The notes under the pieces were generated by a model, which was not told where the DNA came from, searched no databases, and saw only the letters and a list, made by a program, of their open reading frames with translations. The position numbers were made by a program, and so were the translations under genes. This document shows positions 16,361 to 27,477 of a stretch of 64,000 nucleotides of DNA, piece by piece. How positions within the stretch are numbered: the first letter of the stretch is position 1; each line of letters begins with the position of its first letter. Source of the DNA: an uncultured Pseudohongiella sp. (lineage in GTDB: Bacteria > Pseudomonadota > Gammaproteobacteria > Pseudomonadales > Pseudohongiellaceae); assembly GCA_965267495.1 (NCBI GenBank), contig OZ254078.1, forward strand, positions 2,766,145 to 2,830,144, in the 5' to 3' direction.

Positions 16361-18847
16361 TTAGATTGTGCGGATTTGGGTATAGTCAGTGTAACCCATC
16401 AGGATTTTCTCAATACCATCCTGCTTGCGGGTACGCATGCCACTTGCAACACCCTCGAAATGAATCTCAGCGGCAGGTGCCTTGCGCAAAATCATCTTCT
16501 TGATATCCGGCGTGCTCATCAGCAGTTCGTGCACACCCATACGACCACGATAGCCAGTGTCGAGACAGGCCGGGCACCCGGGTGCCTTGTAAAGAGTGAA
16601 CTCACCATCATGAGAGAATTCCTCCTTCCACAGCTCCAGCTGTTTCTGCACCGCCTCTTCCGGTGGATCAGAGCGAGTGCCATCCGGAATCCCTTCCCGA
16701 CAATACTCCGTGGCGAGAAACTCTATTTCACTGTCTTCCGGTACATAGGACTTCTTGCAGGAATTACACAGAGTCTTGGTAAGCCGTTGAGACAGAATAC
16801 CAATCATGGCATCGGCGAAGTTGAATGGATCCATATCCATATCCAGCAGCCGCACAATACTCTCGGCGGCACTGTTGGTGTGTAGCGTGGAAAGCACCAG
16901 GTGACCAGTGAGAGAAGCTTCAATTGCTGTGCCAGAAGTTTCATGGTCACGCATCTCACCCACCATAATGATATCCGGGTCAGCGCGGAGAAAAGCGCGC
17001 ATTGCATGGGCGAATGTCATGCCGACTTTCTCGTTAACTTCCACCTGCCTTAAACCGGGCTGGGTGATCTCCACTGGATCTTCTGCAGTCCAGATCTTGC
17101 GCTCATTGTTATTCAGGTAATTGAGGATCGAGTGAAGCGTAGTACTCTTACCGGAACCGGTAGGACCACAAACCAGAAATAGCCCATAAGGTTTCGAAAC
17201 ACCGGCCAGCAAATTGTCCAGGTTGGGTGTGCTCAGACCGATCGCATTGACCGGCATACACTTTCCGCCGGACAGAATCCGGATCACAACGTCTTCGATC
17301 CCACCCTGGGTTGGAATGGTAGCAACACGAAGTTCAATGTCTATTGGCGCAAAATGGCGAAAATTGATCTTGCCATCCTGCGGCCTGTTCTTGTTGGAAA
17401 TGTCCAGGTGAGCCATGACCTTGATTCGGGAAACGAAGACCGAGCGATACTTACTGGGAAATTTATAGTAAGTAGTAAGCACACCGTCTTTACGAAAGCG
17501 CACGATGACTTTTTGCTTGCCCGTGCCCGGCTCAATATGGATGTCTGATACCTTCTGTCGATGACCATCTTCAATGATCTTGTTGACAATCTTTACGACT
17601 ACGTTGTCCGTAACCTGCTGAGTCTCGACTGCGGAAAAGATGGTGGAATCATAGTCATCATCCTCTCCCTCAACTTCCATGTCCTCATCGTATTCCGCGA
17701 TAGTGGATTCGATGTCTTCCGAGGAATAGTAAAACTGCAATGCCCAGTTAATGTCTTCGGGTGAAGCCATTACCGGCTCAACGTACTTGTTGATGGTAAA
17801 ACTCAGTGCATCGGTTACCTGCCAGTCCATTGGGTTCTCGATAGCAACTACAATCTTGCCCTCATAGACGTAGAGAGGCACCACCTTGTGCTTGAATGCT
17901 ATTGCGGCAGTGAGTAGACGAATAACATCTGGCTCGACAGTAAACTCACGCAGGTTTACAAACGGAATGCCTAACTTCTTGGCCAGCGCTTGCTGGATTT
18001 CTTCCTTGGCAATCAAGCCACGATTGACAAGAATCTCACCCAAGGCACCCTTTCGTTTCTTCTTTTGTTCCTTCAGCGCTTCGGTAAGCTGAGCCTCACT
18101 TACCAGGTCTTCGCCAACCAGAATCTCACCAAGTTTCAGGTTGGGCATGTGCTTCTGTCGGGAAAGCGCGTTCTCCAGTTCGGCTGAATCCACAATCTTC
18201 TGCGTGACCAGGTATTCACCCAGTAGCCGTGAACGCTCTTCCTGCTGGTCCTGCAGCGCATCATCCAGGACTTCCTGGGAGATGGCCTTTTCTTCCACCA
18301 GCATCTCACCGATCTGTCCACCAATGATGTGATTATCAACAGCGGCATGGGCAACAAAGAGGTGAGTGCAATAACGCCACTTTCGCCCAACCTTGGTTTG
18401 TTCGTAGAGGTGAATGCCGTTCTTGTCGGTGCGGGTACCGAAGGTATTGCCGGATAGTTCAGACTGGTCCTTGAAGAAGACCTCGAATGATCGGGCATCG
18501 GCATCCATATTGATACCGCCGGGGTTGCTGGAGCCAGCCTGTTTTAACAGCTGATAAGGTTTCTCCAGTCGCATGTATTTAACCGAAGACATTTCCAGCT
18601 CTGTCGGAGTAACCGCATTGGGCTCCATGATGGAGATGGCTTCCGATGAAGCATTGAACTGAAGCAATGTTCCTTTGAGGCGATGGGAGTTAGTGAGCTC
18701 TACGGTGACCGCCGATTTTTCATACTCGGGACCATCGTGAACTTCAGCAAAGGGAGGCGGTTGCAGATCGATCTGATTGGAAGCCGGAATTTCTACCTCG
18801 ACTTCTTCGTCTTCTGCCTCTACTGCGATTGCGGTTTCTGCTTGCAT
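16361..18847 (-). CDS. Orphan GspE/PilB-family secretion ATPase with an extended N-terminus (unknown ~175-aa domain plus four MshEN-type motifs)
   Basis: 828-aa ORF with Walker A GPTGSGKSTT, His box LSTLHTN and a tetracysteine motif (CNSCKKSY...GCPACLDTGYRGR). Residues ~178-291 carry four consecutive ~24-aa xLGExLV...L..AL..Q motifs. No platform, secretin or pilin gene is adjacent. Confidence 0.85.
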   Translation of the reverse strand: MQAETAIAVEAEDEEVEVEIPASNQIDLQPPPFAEVHDGPEYEKSAVTVELTNSHRLKGTLLQFNASSEAISIMEPNAVTPTELEMSSVKYMRLEKPYQLLKQAGSSNPGGINMDADARSFEVFFKDQSELSGNTFGTRTDKNGIHLYEQTKVGRKWRYCTHLFVAHAAVDNHIIGGQIGEMLVEEKAISQEVLDDALQDQQEERSRLLGEYLVTQKIVDSAELENALSRQKHMPNLKLGEILVGEDLVSEAQLTEALKEQKKKRKGALGEILVNRGLIAKEEIQQALAKKLGIPFVNLREFTVEPDVIRLLTAAIAFKHKVVPLYVYEGKIVVAIENPMDWQVTDALSFTINKYVEPVMASPEDINWALQFYYSSEDIESTIAEYDEDMEVEGEDDDYDSTIFSAVETQQVTDNVVVKIVNKIIEDGHRQKVSDIHIEPGTGKQKVIVRFRKDGVLTTYYKFPSKYRSVFVSRIKVMAHLDISNKNRPQDGKINFRHFAPIDIELRVATIPTQGGIEDVVIRILSGGKCMPVNAIGLSTPNLDNLLAGVSKPYGLFLVCGPTGSGKSTTLHSILNYLNNNERKIWTAEDPVEITQPGLRQVEVNEKVGMTFAHAMRAFLRADPDIIMVGEMRDHETSGTAIEASLTGHLVLSTLHTNSAAESIVRLLDMDMDPFNFADAMIGILSQRLTKTLCNSCKKSYVPEDSEIEFLATEYCREGIPDGTRSDPPEEAVQKQLELWKEEFSHDGEFTLYKAPGCPACLDTGYRGRMGVHELLMSTPDIKKMILRKAPAAEIHFEGVASGMRTRKQDGIEKILMGYTDYTQIRTI

Positions 18848-19080
18848 GATTGTTGTACTGATGCACTCAACAAAATTAGGTCAATCACACTGCTGACAAG
18901 CATGGCGATTTTCACACAATGCTTGTCGCTCGACTTCTCATCGCACAGGGTGAAGTTGACACTGTTCACCACGACCAGAAGTCTTAATTACTTTAGCAGG
19001 TATTGCAGACCTAAACAATTTGGTAAATATTCTAGGCCACTGATTTAACGCAAGATTTCCGGTGAAAACCCCGGATTCTC

Positions 19081-19974
19081 CTAAGCTTCGTGGCCTTTCT
19101 TGCCGGGCCAGGGCAACCGCCCAGTGGTCATACCCACACCCAGCAGCACCAGCATACAGCCAATGATGGTAAATAATGTGATGCTCTCCGCAAGAAACAG
19201 GTTTCCCCAGAAGATACTGAAGATCGGTACCAGATAAGTCGTCATGATTGCCTGGCTGGACCCGATGCGTGTGACCAGTCGGTAGAACATCAGGTAGGCC
19301 AGTCCGGTGCACAAGATACCAAGTGTCAGAACGCTGAACCACACCTCAATGCCGGGCAGGGATTCAGGCACATTTGTCACGGCAAATGGTAGAAGCACGA
19401 TTGAAGATATCAATAAACTTCCGGTAGTAATGGTGATGCCAGAGATCGATTGCATTTTGTAAGCGACAAGATTGAGGGCAAGCCCATACAGCGAACAGGC
19501 AAACAATGCAGCAGGAACGGCCCATACGGAACCTGTACCAAGCGCATCAGGGTCGACTGCCAGCACCACCACACCCGAAAATCCAACAGCCATACCCGCC
19601 ACTCCCAACCAGGGAAGTCGCTGGCTAAAGATTAGAAATCCAAGCAGTGCTGTAAAGAAAGGCACTGTAGCATTGATAATTGAGAGTAGCCCTGCACCGG
19701 CGCTTAGCGCTGCATAAGCAAAGAAGCAGAATGGTATCGCCATGTTGGACAAACCAATGACACAAACCATCTTCCAGTGTTGTTTGAACTCACCCCATTT
19801 CCCTTTCCACAGCAACAGGGGCAACATCACAATCAAGGCACTCGATACACGCATCTCCACCAGGAAAACAGGACCGAGTTCGGGTGATGCCACACGCAGG
19901 AACAGGAAGGAAAATCCCCATATTGCGGAGAGCAACAACAATTCTGCGTAGTCTCGTATCGAGGCCTTGGCCAT
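19081..19974 (-). CDS. EamA/DMT-family transporter
   Basis: 297-aa ORF predicted to have ten TM helices, with two EamA-like halves. Confidence 0.8.
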   Translation of the reverse strand: MAKASIRDYAELLLLSAIWGFSFLFLRVASPELGPVFLVEMRVSSALIVMLPLLLWKGKWGEFKQHWKMVCVIGLSNMAIPFCFFAYAALSAGAGLLSIINATVPFFTALLGFLIFSQRLPWLGVAGMAVGFSGVVVLAVDPDALGTGSVWAVPAALFACSLYGLALNLVAYKMQSISGITITTGSLLISSIVLLPFAVTNVPESLPGIEVWFSVLTLGILCTGLAYLMFYRLVTRIGSSQAIMTTYLVPIFSIFWGNLFLAESITLFTIIGCMLVLLGVGMTTGRLPWPGKKGHEA

Positions 19975-20039
19975 GGTGGTTCCTGAAGCACAACAACAAG
20001 TTGCGCTGCGATTGAGCCTGTGAATCAGGCCCGGAGCGT

Positions 20040-21218
20040 TTAAGTGGAATAGACTGCCTGTGCTGCGGCAACGGCACTCGCTGGATCACAGTCATGTCCA
20101 AGTGCGCTAAGCACATTGCCCAGGGCTGACAGGCACAGATTGACATTAGTTGGATTGCTGGAAAAACCCATCAAACCGACGCGCCATACTTTGCCTGCAA
20201 GCGCACCCAGTCCGGCGCCAATTTCCAGGTCGTAGTCATTGAGAAGAGCGCTTCGCACCGCAGCATCATCAACAGAATCAGGAAAGGCAACCGCATTCAG
20301 TTGTGGCAAGCGAAATTCTGGCTCCACAACGAAGCTCAGTCCCAGCGATTCTATACCAGCAGCGAAAGCGGCGTGATTTCTCGCGTGTCGCTGCCAGGCG
20401 TTCTCGAGCCCTTCCTCTTGCAGAATAGTGAGCGCTTCATGAAGCGCGTACAAAGAATTTACCGGCGCAGTATGATGGTAGGACCGCTTGGCATTACCCC
20501 CCCAGTAGCCCATCACCAGGTTGGTATCGAGAAACCAGCTCTGTACTTTGGTTTTGCGATTCTGAATCTTCTCGACTGCACTGGATGAGAAGCTTACAGG
20601 TGAGAGTCCCGGCACACAGGACAGACACTTCTGGGTACCCGAATATATTGCATCAATACCCCAGGCATCCACGCTCACTTCAATACCACCAAGAGAAGTT
20701 ACGGCATCGACAATGGACAAGCAGCCCTGTTGTTGTGCGAGTTCGCAAAGCGCCCTGGCATCACTTCGTGCGCCAGTTGATGTTTCCGCATGTACGAATG
20801 CCAGTGCCGCGGCATCCGGATTTGCTCGCAAGGTTTCTGAGACTTTATCCAGATCAACAGCGCTGCCCCAGGAGTCTTCCACCACAATGGCTTCACCCCC
20901 GCAGCGCTCCACATTTTCTTTCATGCGGCCGCCAAACACGCCATTCTGACAAATGACCACCTTCTCCCCTGCCTCAATCAGGTTGGTAAACACGGCTTCC
21001 ATGCCTGCGGATCCGGGAGCGGAAACCGGAATGGTCAATTCATTGTCGGTCTGAAAGGCATACTGCAGCAATGACTTCACTTCATCCATCATAGTGATGA
21101 AAGCCGGATCAAGATGCCCGATAGTCGGACGCGACAGGGCCTCCAGAATGCGTGGATTGACGTCAGAAGGACCAGGTCCCATGAGGGTGCGTACTGGTGG
21201 ATGAAATGAGCCGGGCAT
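20040..21218 (-). CDS. Class V PLP-dependent aminotransferase (serine-pyruvate / alanine-glyoxylate aminotransferase family)
   Basis: 392-aa ORF. The N-terminus LMGPGPSDVNPRILEA and the SGTQKCL lysine motif are typical of the family. Confidence 0.8.
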   Translation of the reverse strand: MPGSFHPPVRTLMGPGPSDVNPRILEALSRPTIGHLDPAFITMMDEVKSLLQYAFQTDNELTIPVSAPGSAGMEAVFTNLIEAGEKVVICQNGVFGGRMKENVERCGGEAIVVEDSWGSAVDLDKVSETLRANPDAAALAFVHAETSTGARSDARALCELAQQQGCLSIVDAVTSLGGIEVSVDAWGIDAIYSGTQKCLSCVPGLSPVSFSSSAVEKIQNRKTKVQSWFLDTNLVMGYWGGNAKRSYHHTAPVNSLYALHEALTILQEEGLENAWQRHARNHAAFAAGIESLGLSFVVEPEFRLPQLNAVAFPDSVDDAAVRSALLNDYDLEIGAGLGALAGKVWRVGLMGFSSNPTNVNLCLSALGNVLSALGHDCDPASAVAAAQAVYST

Positions 21219-21263
21219 AGGGATTCCTTGTTAGATCAGGCTTATTGCTTACAGTCGAGCAAT

Positions 21264-21319
21264 AAAAAACCCGATCAGCGATTCTGGTTGATAAAGATGA
21301 ATCAGCGGACCGGGTTTTT
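21264..21319 (-). terminator. Terminator hairpin downstream of rplQ (end of the alpha operon)
   Basis: On the minus strand: AAAAACCCGGTCCGCTGATTC...GAATCGCTGATCGGGTTTTTTATT. This is a long imperfect stem followed by a T-run. Confidence 0.6.
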
Positions 21320-21337
21320 GATGTTACTCGAAGGACT

Positions 21338-21748
21338 TTATTCCTCTTCGTTAGACTCCACTGCGTCATCATAGTCGTCGGCATCATGCACCGGACGATC
21401 TACCAACTCCACATAGGCCATGGGAGCTTTATCACCGGCACGCTCACCGCACTTGAGAATACGGATATAACCGCCCGGGCGATCCGCGTAGCGGGGTCCC
21501 AGTTCGTTGAATAATTTGCCAACGGTCGCCTTGTTGCGGGTTCGGCTGAATGCCAGACGACGATTGGCAACACTGTCATTCTTGGCCAGTGTAATCAGGG
21601 GCTCCGCCACAGTTCGCAGTTCCTTTGCCTTCACCAGCGTAGTCTTGATGATCTCATGCTCTACCAGTGAAGCAGTCATGTTGCGAAACATGGCTGTGCG
21701 GTGCGAACTATTACGATTCAGTTGGCGACCGCTGTGTCGATGACGCAT
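21338..21748 (-). CDS. rplQ: 50S ribosomal protein L17
   Basis: [17 protein letters not shown]... is the conserved L17 N-terminus. The gene follows rpoA. Confidence 0.97.
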   Translation of the reverse strand: MRHRHSGRQLNRNSSHRTAMFRNMTASLVEHEIIKTTLVKAKELRTVAEPLITLAKNDSVANRRLAFSRTRNKATVGKLFNELGPRYADRPGGYIRILKCGERAGDKAPMAYVELVDRPVHDADDYDDAVESNEEE

Positions 21749-21776
21749 AACTTTCTACCTTCTTTATTAGTCTGCC

Positions 21777-22775
21777 TTACGCAGCCCGGTCATCAGACTT
21801 GAGACTCGATGGCGGCCAGTTTTCCAGGCGCAGACCCAGTGACAGTCCGCGAGTGGCCAGCACGTCCTTGATCTCAGTCAGAGACTTCTTGCCCAGGTTT
21901 GGCGTCTTCAGCAGCTCAACTTCTGTGCGCTGAATCAGATCGCCGATGTAGTAAATATCCTCAGCCTTGAGACAGTTGGCAGAACGCACTGTCAATTCAA
22001 GGTCATCCACCGGACGCAACAGAATAGGATCGATTTCATCCTCATGCTCTTCCGGCTCAGCAATAATTTCGCTCTGCAGATCCACGAACACGCTCAGCTG
22101 ATGCTGCAGAATCGTAGCGGCACGGCGAATAGCTTCTTCAGGATCGATAGTTCCATTGGTTTCCAGGTCGATGATCAGCTTGTCCAGATCGGTACGTTGC
22201 TCAACACGAGCGTTCTCAACCGAGTAAGACACACGTACCACCGGACTGTAGGAAGCATCCAGTAACAGTTTGCCAACAGCACGAGTTTCTTCTTCATCAC
22301 CACTTCGCGAATCGGCAGGTGAGTAGCCACGCCCCTTACGTACGGTGATGCGCATGTTGAGCTCACCGTTATTGTTCAGATTCGCAATAACGTGATCCGG
22401 ATTGATGATTTCAACATCATGATCCAGTTCGATGTCACCCGCAGTCACAGTGCCAGATCCTTTCTTGGACAGACTCAACACTGCTTCGTCACGATTATTC
22501 AGGACAACCGCTACACCTTTGAGATTGAGAAGGATCTCAATGACATCTTCTCGTACTCCTTCAATGGTGCTGTATTCATGAACCACACCATCAATTTCCA
22601 CTTCCTCTACCGCGCTACCTGGCATGGAAGAAAGCAGAATACGACGCAAGGCGTTACCCAGAGTATGACCGAAGCCGCGCTCAAGCGGTTCCAGCACAAC
22701 CTTAGAATGACACTTGTCGAACTCATCAACCTGTATCACTTGCGGCGTAAGGAAATCAGATAAAGAAATTTGCAT
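21777..22775 (-). CDS. rpoA: DNA-directed RNA polymerase subunit alpha
   Basis: 332 aa. The conserved sequence [23 protein letters not shown] is present, and the gene sits in the alpha operon position. Confidence 0.97.
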   Translation of the reverse strand: MQISLSDFLTPQVIQVDEFDKCHSKVVLEPLERGFGHTLGNALRRILLSSMPGSAVEEVEIDGVVHEYSTIEGVREDVIEILLNLKGVAVVLNNRDEAVLSLSKKGSGTVTAGDIELDHDVEIINPDHVIANLNNNGELNMRITVRKGRGYSPADSRSGDEEETRAVGKLLLDASYSPVVRVSYSVENARVEQRTDLDKLIIDLETNGTIDPEEAIRRAATILQHQLSVFVDLQSEIIAEPEEHEDEIDPILLRPVDDLELTVRSANCLKAEDIYYIGDLIQRTEVELLKTPNLGKKSLTEIKDVLATRGLSLGLRLENWPPSSLKSDDRAA

Positions 22776-22802
22776 GTATATTCACCCTTTGCGTGGTTAG
22801 CA

Positions 22803-23423
22803 CTACTTGGAATAAAGCTCGACAATCAGACTTTCGTTGATTTCAGAAGGTAGATCTTCGCGATCCGGAATACGCGTGAACTTGCCTTCGAGCTTGCCGG
22901 AATCGACAGTGACCCAGTCTACGTCACTGCGCTGCGCAGCCAATTCCAATGCAGATTTGATTCTCAGTTGTTGCTTGGATTTCTCACGAATGGACACAAC
23001 GTCGCCTGCATTCATTTGATAGGAAGGCACATTCACGACTTCGCCATTCACCATAATAGATTTATGAGAAACCAACTGTCTGGCTTCGGCACGAGTAGAG
23101 CCAAAGCCCATTCGATAAACAACGTTATCGAGGCGACATTCAAGCAACTGCAGCAGGTTTTCACCGGTTGCGCCTTTGCGTCTGGCTGCTTCCTTGTAGT
23201 AACCACGGAACTGCTTTTCCAGCACACCGTAGGTACGTCTTACCTTCTGCTTTTCGCGCAACTGCACACCATAGTCTGACAGGCGACCACGACGCTGCCC
23301 GTGCTGACCAGGAATGGTGTCAGTCTTGCATTTGCTGTCTATAGGGCGCACACCGCTCTTCAGGAAAAGATCTGTACCTTCCCGGCGAGACAGCTTGCAC
23401 TTGGGGCCTAGATAGCGGGCCAT
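22803..23423 (-). CDS. rpsD: 30S ribosomal protein S4
   Basis: [23 protein letters not shown]... is conserved S4 sequence. Confidence 0.97.
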   Translation of the reverse strand: MARYLGPKCKLSRREGTDLFLKSGVRPIDSKCKTDTIPGQHGQRRGRLSDYGVQLREKQKVRRTYGVLEKQFRGYYKEAARRKGATGENLLQLLECRLDNVVYRMGFGSTRAEARQLVSHKSIMVNGEVVNVPSYQMNAGDVVSIREKSKQQLRIKSALELAAQRSDVDWVTVDSGKLEGKFTRIPDREDLPSEINESLIVELYSK

Positions 23424-23438
23424 ACTTTTTCTCCTAGT

Positions 23439-23828
23439 TTACACTCGCCGCTTCTTGGGCGGTCGGCAACCGTTATGAGGAATCGGGGTGATATCAGTGA
23501 TATTGCTCACCCTGAGGCCACAATTATTCAATGCACGTACGGCAGATTCGCGTCCCGGACCAGGACCTTTCACCTTAACGTCCAGATTCTTCAGTCCGTA
23601 CAGCTCCATCGCAGATTTACCTGCCTTTTCTGCTGCTACCTGTGCAGCAAAAGGCGTGGATTTTCTTGATCCACGGAATCCGGAACCACCAGCGGTGGCC
23701 CAGGCCAGGGCATTGCCCTGACGATCAGTGATTGTGATGATCGTGTTATTAAAAGAAGCATGAATAAACGCGATTCCATCTACCACTGTAGAACGCGATT
23801 TCTTTTTGCCTGATGTCGATGTGGCCAT
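23439..23828 (-). CDS. rpsK: 30S ribosomal protein S11
   Basis: Conserved S11 sequence ([24 protein letters not shown]...[13 protein letters not shown]). Confidence 0.97.
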   Translation of the reverse strand: MATSTSGKKKSRSTVVDGIAFIHASFNNTIITITDRQGNALAWATAGGSGFRGSRKSTPFAAQVAAEKAGKSAMELYGLKNLDVKVKGPGPGRESAVRALNNCGLRVSNITDITPIPHNGCRPPKKRRV

Positions 23829-23895
23829 GTTGTCTTCCAGTTATTTCGATCGAAATCTGAATCGCTTCTATCGAAAATTTTCCAGTTAATCTCTT

Positions 23896-24252
23896 CTATT
23901 TACGTATCGGTTTCCTGGGACCCTTGCGAGTTCGGGCATTTGTCTTGGTACGCTGCCCGCGTACTGGCAAGGAACGACGATGACGGATACCCCGGTTGCA
24001 ACCCAGGTCCATCAATCGCTTGATGTTCATGGAGATTTCCCGACGCAGATCACCTTCAGTAGGTAATTTGGCTACCTCTGCACGGACGGCATCGAGCTGC
24101 TCCGGGCTGAGATCGCTGGTCTTGGTTGAAGGCTCAATACCAGTGGCTTCACAAATAGTCTTCGCATGAGTCGGCCCAATGCCGAACACATAACGCAGTG
24201 AAATCACGATATGCTTGTTGTCTGGTATGTTAACCCCGGCAATACGTGCCAT
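23896..24252 (-). CDS. rpsM: 30S ribosomal protein S13
   Basis: [14 protein letters not shown]... is conserved S13 sequence. Confidence 0.97.
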   Translation of the reverse strand: MARIAGVNIPDNKHIVISLRYVFGIGPTHAKTICEATGIEPSTKTSDLSPEQLDAVRAEVAKLPTEGDLRREISMNIKRLMDLGCNRGIRHRRSLPVRGQRTKTNARTRKGPRKPIRK

Positions 24253-24290
24253 AGATTTACTCCGTCTCTAAACTCTTATTCTGCCTGTAC

Positions 24291-24407
24291 CTAACCCTGA
24301 CGCTGCTTGTGTCGGGGTTCTGCACTGCAAATCACTCGTACCGAACCGTTGCGCTTGATCACTTTACAGTTGCGGCAGATTTTCTTGACTGATGCTCGTA
24401 CTTTCAT
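24291..24407 (-). CDS. rpmJ: 50S ribosomal protein L36
   Basis: This gene is below the ORF-track size cut-off, so I translated it by hand: [38 protein letters not shown] (38 aa). It has ATG at 24405-24407 and TAG at 24291-24293, and lies between secY and rpsM. Confidence 0.93.
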   Translation of the reverse strand: MKVRASVKKICRNCKVIKRNGSVRVICSAEPRHKQRQG

Positions 24408-24429
24408 CGTTACTCTCCCTTGCTAGGGC

Positions 24430-25755
24430 TTAAATTCCTGAACGGCCGTAATTACCCAGCTTGGACTTCTTCATCAGAGAGTCATACTGATGTGACATCA
24501 GGTGTGACTGCACTTGCGACCAGAAGTCCATGGTGACTACAACCGAAATCAACAGTGCTGTACCGCCAAGATTAAAGGGCACATTGGCCAGCATCTGCAT
24601 GAAATTCGGCAACAGGCAAACCAGGGTGATGTAAACTGCACCAAACATAGTCAGACGCGTAATCACGCCATCGATATACTTGGCAGTTTGTTCACCAGGG
24701 CGAATGCCTGGAATAAATGCGCCAGAGCGCTTCAAATTTTCTGCCACATCCCGCGGATTAAAAACCAGTGCGGTATAGAAGAAGCAGAAGAATATAATCA
24801 TGGCACTGAATATGATGATATACAGTGGCTGACCCGGGCCAATTAACAAAGCCAGATCCTGCAGCCACTCTGCGCCTTCAGACTGCCCAAACCATTGCCC
24901 AAGTGATGCTGGGAACAGCAGAATGGAACTGGCAAAAATTGCGGGAATAACTCCCGCCATATTAATTTTCAACGGTAAGTGACTGGACTGGGCCTGGTAC
25001 ATCTTGCGACCCTGCTGACGCTTGGCGTAGTTCACGGTGATGCGGCGCTGGGCACGTTCCACATAGACGATGCATGCGATAACACCTATAGCAATCAGGC
25101 CCACAACCAACAACAGCACACCACTGATCTGACCTTCGTAGGCCTGTGTCAGCGAAGTACCAACCGCAGCCGGAAAACCAGCGACAATGCCGGCAAATAT
25201 CAACATCGAGATACCGTTACCAATGCCCTTCTCGGTAATCTGTTCACCCAGCCACATCAGGAACATGGCACCGGTTACCAGAGAAATAATCGCGGTGAGA
25301 TTAAAAGCCAGACCAGGGTTGTAGGCCATGGGAGCCAACAAGCCGACTGTCATACCTGCACCCTGAACAGTCGCCAATACCAATGCACCATAACGGGTGT
25401 ACTGGGTAATCTTACGGCGACCTGATTCACCTTCCTTCTTCAGCTGATCCAGTTGCGGTGATACCGCGGTGAGCAGCTGCATAATAATAGACGCGGAAAT
25501 ATAGGGCATGATGCCCAGAGCCACGATGCTCATCCGCTCCAGTGCGCCGCCGGAAAACATATTGAAGAGATCCGCAAACGTACCTTCCTGTTGATTAAAG
25601 AAAGCTTGAAGCTGTAATGGATCGATTCCAGGAACCGGTATATGGGTACCAATGCGATAGACGAAAATCGCAAACAACAGAAACAGCAGGCGTGACTTGA
25701 GCTCGCCAAGTCCGGCGCCGATGTTTTCTGGATTGATGTTGGGTTTATTTGCCAT
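24430..25755 (-). CDS. secY: Preprotein translocase subunit SecY
   Basis: 441 aa, ten TM segments, conserved SecY sequence, and it sits at the end of the spc operon. Confidence 0.97.
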   Translation of the reverse strand: MANKPNINPENIGAGLGELKSRLLFLLFAIFVYRIGTHIPVPGIDPLQLQAFFNQQEGTFADLFNMFSGGALERMSIVALGIMPYISASIIMQLLTAVSPQLDQLKKEGESGRRKITQYTRYGALVLATVQGAGMTVGLLAPMAYNPGLAFNLTAIISLVTGAMFLMWLGEQITEKGIGNGISMLIFAGIVAGFPAAVGTSLTQAYEGQISGVLLLVVGLIAIGVIACIVYVERAQRRITVNYAKRQQGRKMYQAQSSHLPLKINMAGVIPAIFASSILLFPASLGQWFGQSEGAEWLQDLALLIGPGQPLYIIIFSAMIIFFCFFYTALVFNPRDVAENLKRSGAFIPGIRPGEQTAKYIDGVITRLTMFGAVYITLVCLLPNFMQMLANVPFNLGGTALLISVVVTMDFWSQVQSHLMSHQYDSLMKKSKLGNYGRSGI

Positions 25756-25775
25756 TTTCGTCTATTGCTTCTGAA

Positions 25776-26309
25776 TTACTCTTCTGACTCTTTATCAGCT
25801 GCTGGCGCTTCATCAACCGCTGGCGCTGCTTCAGCCTTTGCCTTCTTCACTGGTTTGGCCTTCTCGACTGGCGCCGCTTCGACTACCTTGCCACCAGCTT
25901 TCTCAATAGCCTCTTTCGCACCTTTGCTGACACGAATACCTTCTATAGTAAGTTTGCGAGACACATCACCCGACAACATGACTTTAGCGCGAGTGATGTT
26001 GGATGTGATCAGTCCGGCTTTACGCAGAGAATCCAGATTCACTACATCACCATCAACAAGACCTAACTCACTGGTACGGATCTCCGCAGTCTGGCGACCT
26101 ACTCTCGAAGTGAAGCCATACTTGGGCAGACGCATTTGCAGTGGCATCTGACCACCTTCGAAACCCGGCTTGACCGTGCCTCCGCTACGGGATTTCTGGC
26201 CTTTATGTCCAGTACCACAGGTCTTGCCCCAACCACTGCCGGTGCCACGACCTACACGTTTCTTGGCTTTGGTGCTGCCTGCAGCTGGGCTTAATTCATT
26301 CAGTTGCAT
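25776..26309 (-). CDS. rplO: 50S ribosomal protein L15 with a ~33-aa K/A/E-rich C-terminal extension
   Basis: Conserved L15 core ([12 protein letters not shown]...[11 protein letters not shown]). The ORF reads on past the usual ...AGGK(I/V)xE end into [33 protein letters not shown]. Confidence 0.95.
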   Translation of the reverse strand: MQLNELSPAAGSTKAKKRVGRGTGSGWGKTCGTGHKGQKSRSGGTVKPGFEGGQMPLQMRLPKYGFTSRVGRQTAEIRTSELGLVDGDVVNLDSLRKAGLITSNITRAKVMLSGDVSRKLTIEGIRVSKGAKEAIEKAGGKVVEAAPVEKAKPVKKAKAEAAPAVDEAPAADKESEE

Positions 26310-26348
26310 CTCGATATTCCTTGCTCGTCTCTCTGCCTTAATACAGTC

Positions 26349-26534
26349 TTACTCGACTGCGAGCATGTAGCTGATCTTGTTAATCATGCCGCGCACCGCC
26401 GGAGTATCTTCTACTTCCACAGTCTGATGCATGCGACGCAGACCCAGACCTTGCAGGCACAGCTTATGTTTGGGCAGCGAGCCAATCGGGCTTCTGACCA
26501 GAGTAACTTTAACTGTCTTGTTTGCTTTAGCCAT
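26349..26534 (-). CDS. rpmD: 50S ribosomal protein L30
   Basis: 61-aa [21 protein letters not shown]..., in the spc operon position. Confidence 0.95.
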   Translation of the reverse strand: MAKANKTVKVTLVRSPIGSLPKHKLCLQGLGLRRMHQTVEVEDTPAVRGMINKISYMLAVE

Positions 26535-26543
26535 TTTCGTTCA

Positions 26544-27053
26544 CTATCCCACTATCTCTTCAACGCTCTTGCCGCGCTTCAGAGCAACTTCCTCAGGAGA
26601 ACGCATATCGCGCAAACCATTAAAGGTTGCTCGCACAACGTTCACAGGATTGGTTGAGCCATAGCATTTCGCCAGTACGTTTTGCACACCAGCAAGTTCC
26701 AGAATTGCGCGCATGGCACCACCCGCAATAACACCGGTACCTTCAGATGCTGGCTGCATGTAAACCTTGGATGCGCCGTGGCGCGCCTTAATGGGGTACT
26801 GCAGCGTGTGGCCATCCAGGTTCACAGTAATCATATTGCGACGAGCAGACTCCATGGCCTTCTGAATCGCCAGAGGCACCTCACGTGCCTTGCCGCGACC
26901 AAATCCCACACGGCCGTTTCCATCACCAACAGCAGTCAATGCGGTGAAACCGAAAATCCGACCACCTTTAACCACCTTGGCTACACGATTCACCTGGATC
27001 AGCTTTTCCTGCAGGCCTTCTTCGTTTGCGCCTGACTCTTCTTTAAATGCCAT
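26544..27053 (-). CDS. rpsE: 30S ribosomal protein S5
   Basis: Conserved S5 sequence ([35 protein letters not shown]). Confidence 0.97.
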   Translation of the reverse strand: MAFKEESGANEEGLQEKLIQVNRVAKVVKGGRIFGFTALTAVGDGNGRVGFGRGKAREVPLAIQKAMESARRNMITVNLDGHTLQYPIKARHGASKVYMQPASEGTGVIAGGAMRAILELAGVQNVLAKCYGSTNPVNVVRATFNGLRDMRSPEEVALKRGKSVEEIVG

Positions 27054-27092
27054 ATCAAATAATCCGTCGTATCCTGGGACTATGAATCCCGA

Positions 27093-27443
27093 TTAAAACT
27101 GTAATCCACCTTCGCGAGCTGCTTCAGCCAGAGCTTTCACCCGGCCATGATAGGCGTAGCCTGAGCGATCAAATGCCACTTGCTCAATTCCTGCTTTCTT
27201 GGCGCGCTCGGCGATCAACTTGCCAACATTTCCGGCAGCCTCAATGTTACCTGTTGCACCGCTACGACCTTCTTTCTCCACCGTTGAAGCACTTGCCAGC
27301 ACTTCGCTACCAGCAGGAGAAATAATCTGGGCATAAATATGCTTAGGTGAGCGATACACACAAAGACGATTCATACGCAGCTCACTGATCTTTGCTCTTG
27401 CTCGCTTCGCTCTGCGAAGTCGAGATGTTTTTTTGATACTCAT
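27093..27443 (-). CDS. rplR: 50S ribosomal protein L18
   Basis: 116 aa. The conserved ending [26 protein letters not shown] is present. Confidence 0.97.
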   Translation of the reverse strand: MSIKKTSRLRRAKRARAKISELRMNRLCVYRSPKHIYAQIISPAGSEVLASASTVEKEGRSGATGNIEAAGNVGKLIAERAKKAGIEQVAFDRSGYAYHGRVKALAEAAREGGLQF

Positions 27444-27477
27444 TTCGTTTCCAGTCTCTTGAATCTAGTTACCAGAA

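Noticed and set aside
21163-21387. 74-aa minus-strand ORF spanning the rplQ terminator and the start of the aminotransferase gene
   Set aside because: It crosses a terminator hairpin and overlaps two well-supported genes, so it is a chance ORF.
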